From contig CAXTYC010000015.1 in the NCBI GenBank assembly GCA_964248365.1, positions 1-64,000 of the forward strand: a stretch of DNA of 64,000 nucleotides. The letters run 5' to 3'. The notes below the pieces were generated by a model, which was not told where the DNA came from, ran no database searches, and saw nothing but the letters and a program-made list of their open reading frames with translations. Made by a program: the position numbers and the translations under genes. Each line of letters begins with the position of its first letter. Position 1 is the stretch's first letter. Origin of the DNA: an uncultured Chroococcidiopsis sp. Lineage in GTDB: Bacteria; Cyanobacteriota; Cyanobacteriia; Cyanobacteriales; Chroococcidiopsidaceae. Below, one piece after another: positions 63,152 to 64,000 of the stretch.

Positions 63152-64000
63152 TCACTCTTTTACTTGAAACTTTATACTTGCCCAACTTTGAGGTTTTTCA
63201 GGTTCGACATTATTTTCAGTAACAACATCCCCCAAAGTTAGCTGCTTTACTTTTTCAATATCACCTTGGGTAACTGCTGCTTTCAAATCGCGTTTAAAAT
63301 GAGCATTCTTAATTGCTTCTGCTTGAGAACGGGAACTGGTGGCAAAACATTTCTCTAAAGTGTCGTATATTCCCACGCGACGAGCCATCTTGCGATACTG
63401 ACGTTCTGTGTCCAATAGCTTTGCCATGAGTTCTAAATGCATAGCATCACCCTCACAGATTTCTTCTAGCACAGCCCATTCATCGCTACCTAATAGACTA
63501 TAGCCAGCATCAGGACGCGGATCTATAAAAGGTACGCCCGTGACTTCTTGATAGATTCGAGGTAAACTATCATCAAATTCGTGTTTTTCTTCTAACCAAA
63601 TACGCCGTATTTCGCTCATTTCTTCTAGGGTAATTAGGGTGATGTCGCACATATTTTCTGGTGCTGTGCGACGGATTTTTGTCTGTGCTTCTAAGACTCG
63701 TCTTAACCAATGTTCTCGCCAATATTTGGTATATGGACCAGGAATGGGTTCAACAGAAATGTCGCCATCTAAATTGCGTTCAAATAGTTGGACTTCACCC
63801 CAGATTCTTCGGAAGTCTCTCTTGTCGCGATCGTTTTCAATATCTAATTCATTGCGAATATCGAGTAGAGGTTGCATCCATTCTTTATCCTCGTCATTCT
63901 GGATCATTGCCTCCATTGATTTATCCTTACTCACCATTGTGCAAACCCAGCAGCCAAAGCGAGAATCACCACAACTGGGAGTAGAAGTATCGACAACTAA
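63152..64000 (-). CDS. dndC: DNA phosphorothioation sulfurtransferase DndC (3' part; start is beyond the window)
   Basis: The frame is open to the window edge: VVDTSTPSCGDSRFGCWVCTMVSKDKSM...RDFRR...IPGPY...EIRRIW. Confidence 0.9.
   Translation of the reverse strand, partial: LVVDTSTPSCGDSRFGCWVCTMVSKDKSMEAMIQNDEDKEWMQPLLDIRNELDIENDRDKRDFRRIWGEVQLFERNLDGDISVEPIPGPYTKYWREHWLRRVLEAQTKIRRTAPENMCDITLITLEEMSEIRRIWLEEKHEFDDSLPRIYQEVTGVPFIDPRPDAGYSLLGSDEWAVLEEICEGDAMHLELMAKLLDTERQYRKMARRVGIYDTLEKCFATSSRSQAEAIKNAHFKRDLKAAVTQGDIEKVKQLTLGDVVTENNVEPEKPQSWASIKFQVKE

Overview
Cyanobacterial chromosomal DNA, judged by dense HIP1 GCGATCGC sites, heptamer STRR arrays, GTAG-type REP-like palindromes and the genes patD, narM, putA and smc. 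Positions 1-5.3 kb hold a decayed group II twintron. An inner intron (4352->1751) sits precisely in the RT0 motif of an outer intron's RT gene, and each RT gene also carries a TA-duplicating MITE. Positions 5.6-42.5 kb are mostly housekeeping and accessory genes: larC, a YciO/Sua5-family gene, PHP, BtuF-like, two GT39 genes, putA, a sigma-like GST, a DUF433/PIN toxin-antitoxin pair, smc, a Na+/H+ antiporter, selO, rel, patD and narM. Several pseudogenes lie among them, one broken by tiny repeats inserted into HIP1 sites. The most interesting locus is 42.7-55.8 kb. It has a stand-alone NRPS-like A-T-R reductase with a glycine-like specificity code and its own PPTase, an amino-acid-permease (APC)-fused hybrid histidine kinase, a single-domain response regulator and a GAF kinase lacking its phospho-His. 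A divergent PAS-GGDEF-EAL protein has an N-terminal two-helix membrane module clearly homologous to the tail of the permease-kinase sensor. Together these suggest a candidate signal-synthase/transceptor/c-di-GMP circuit. The window ends in a dndC(partial)-dndD-dndE phosphorothioation cluster with its associated putative methyltransferase. All calls come from reading the sequence; no database searches were run.
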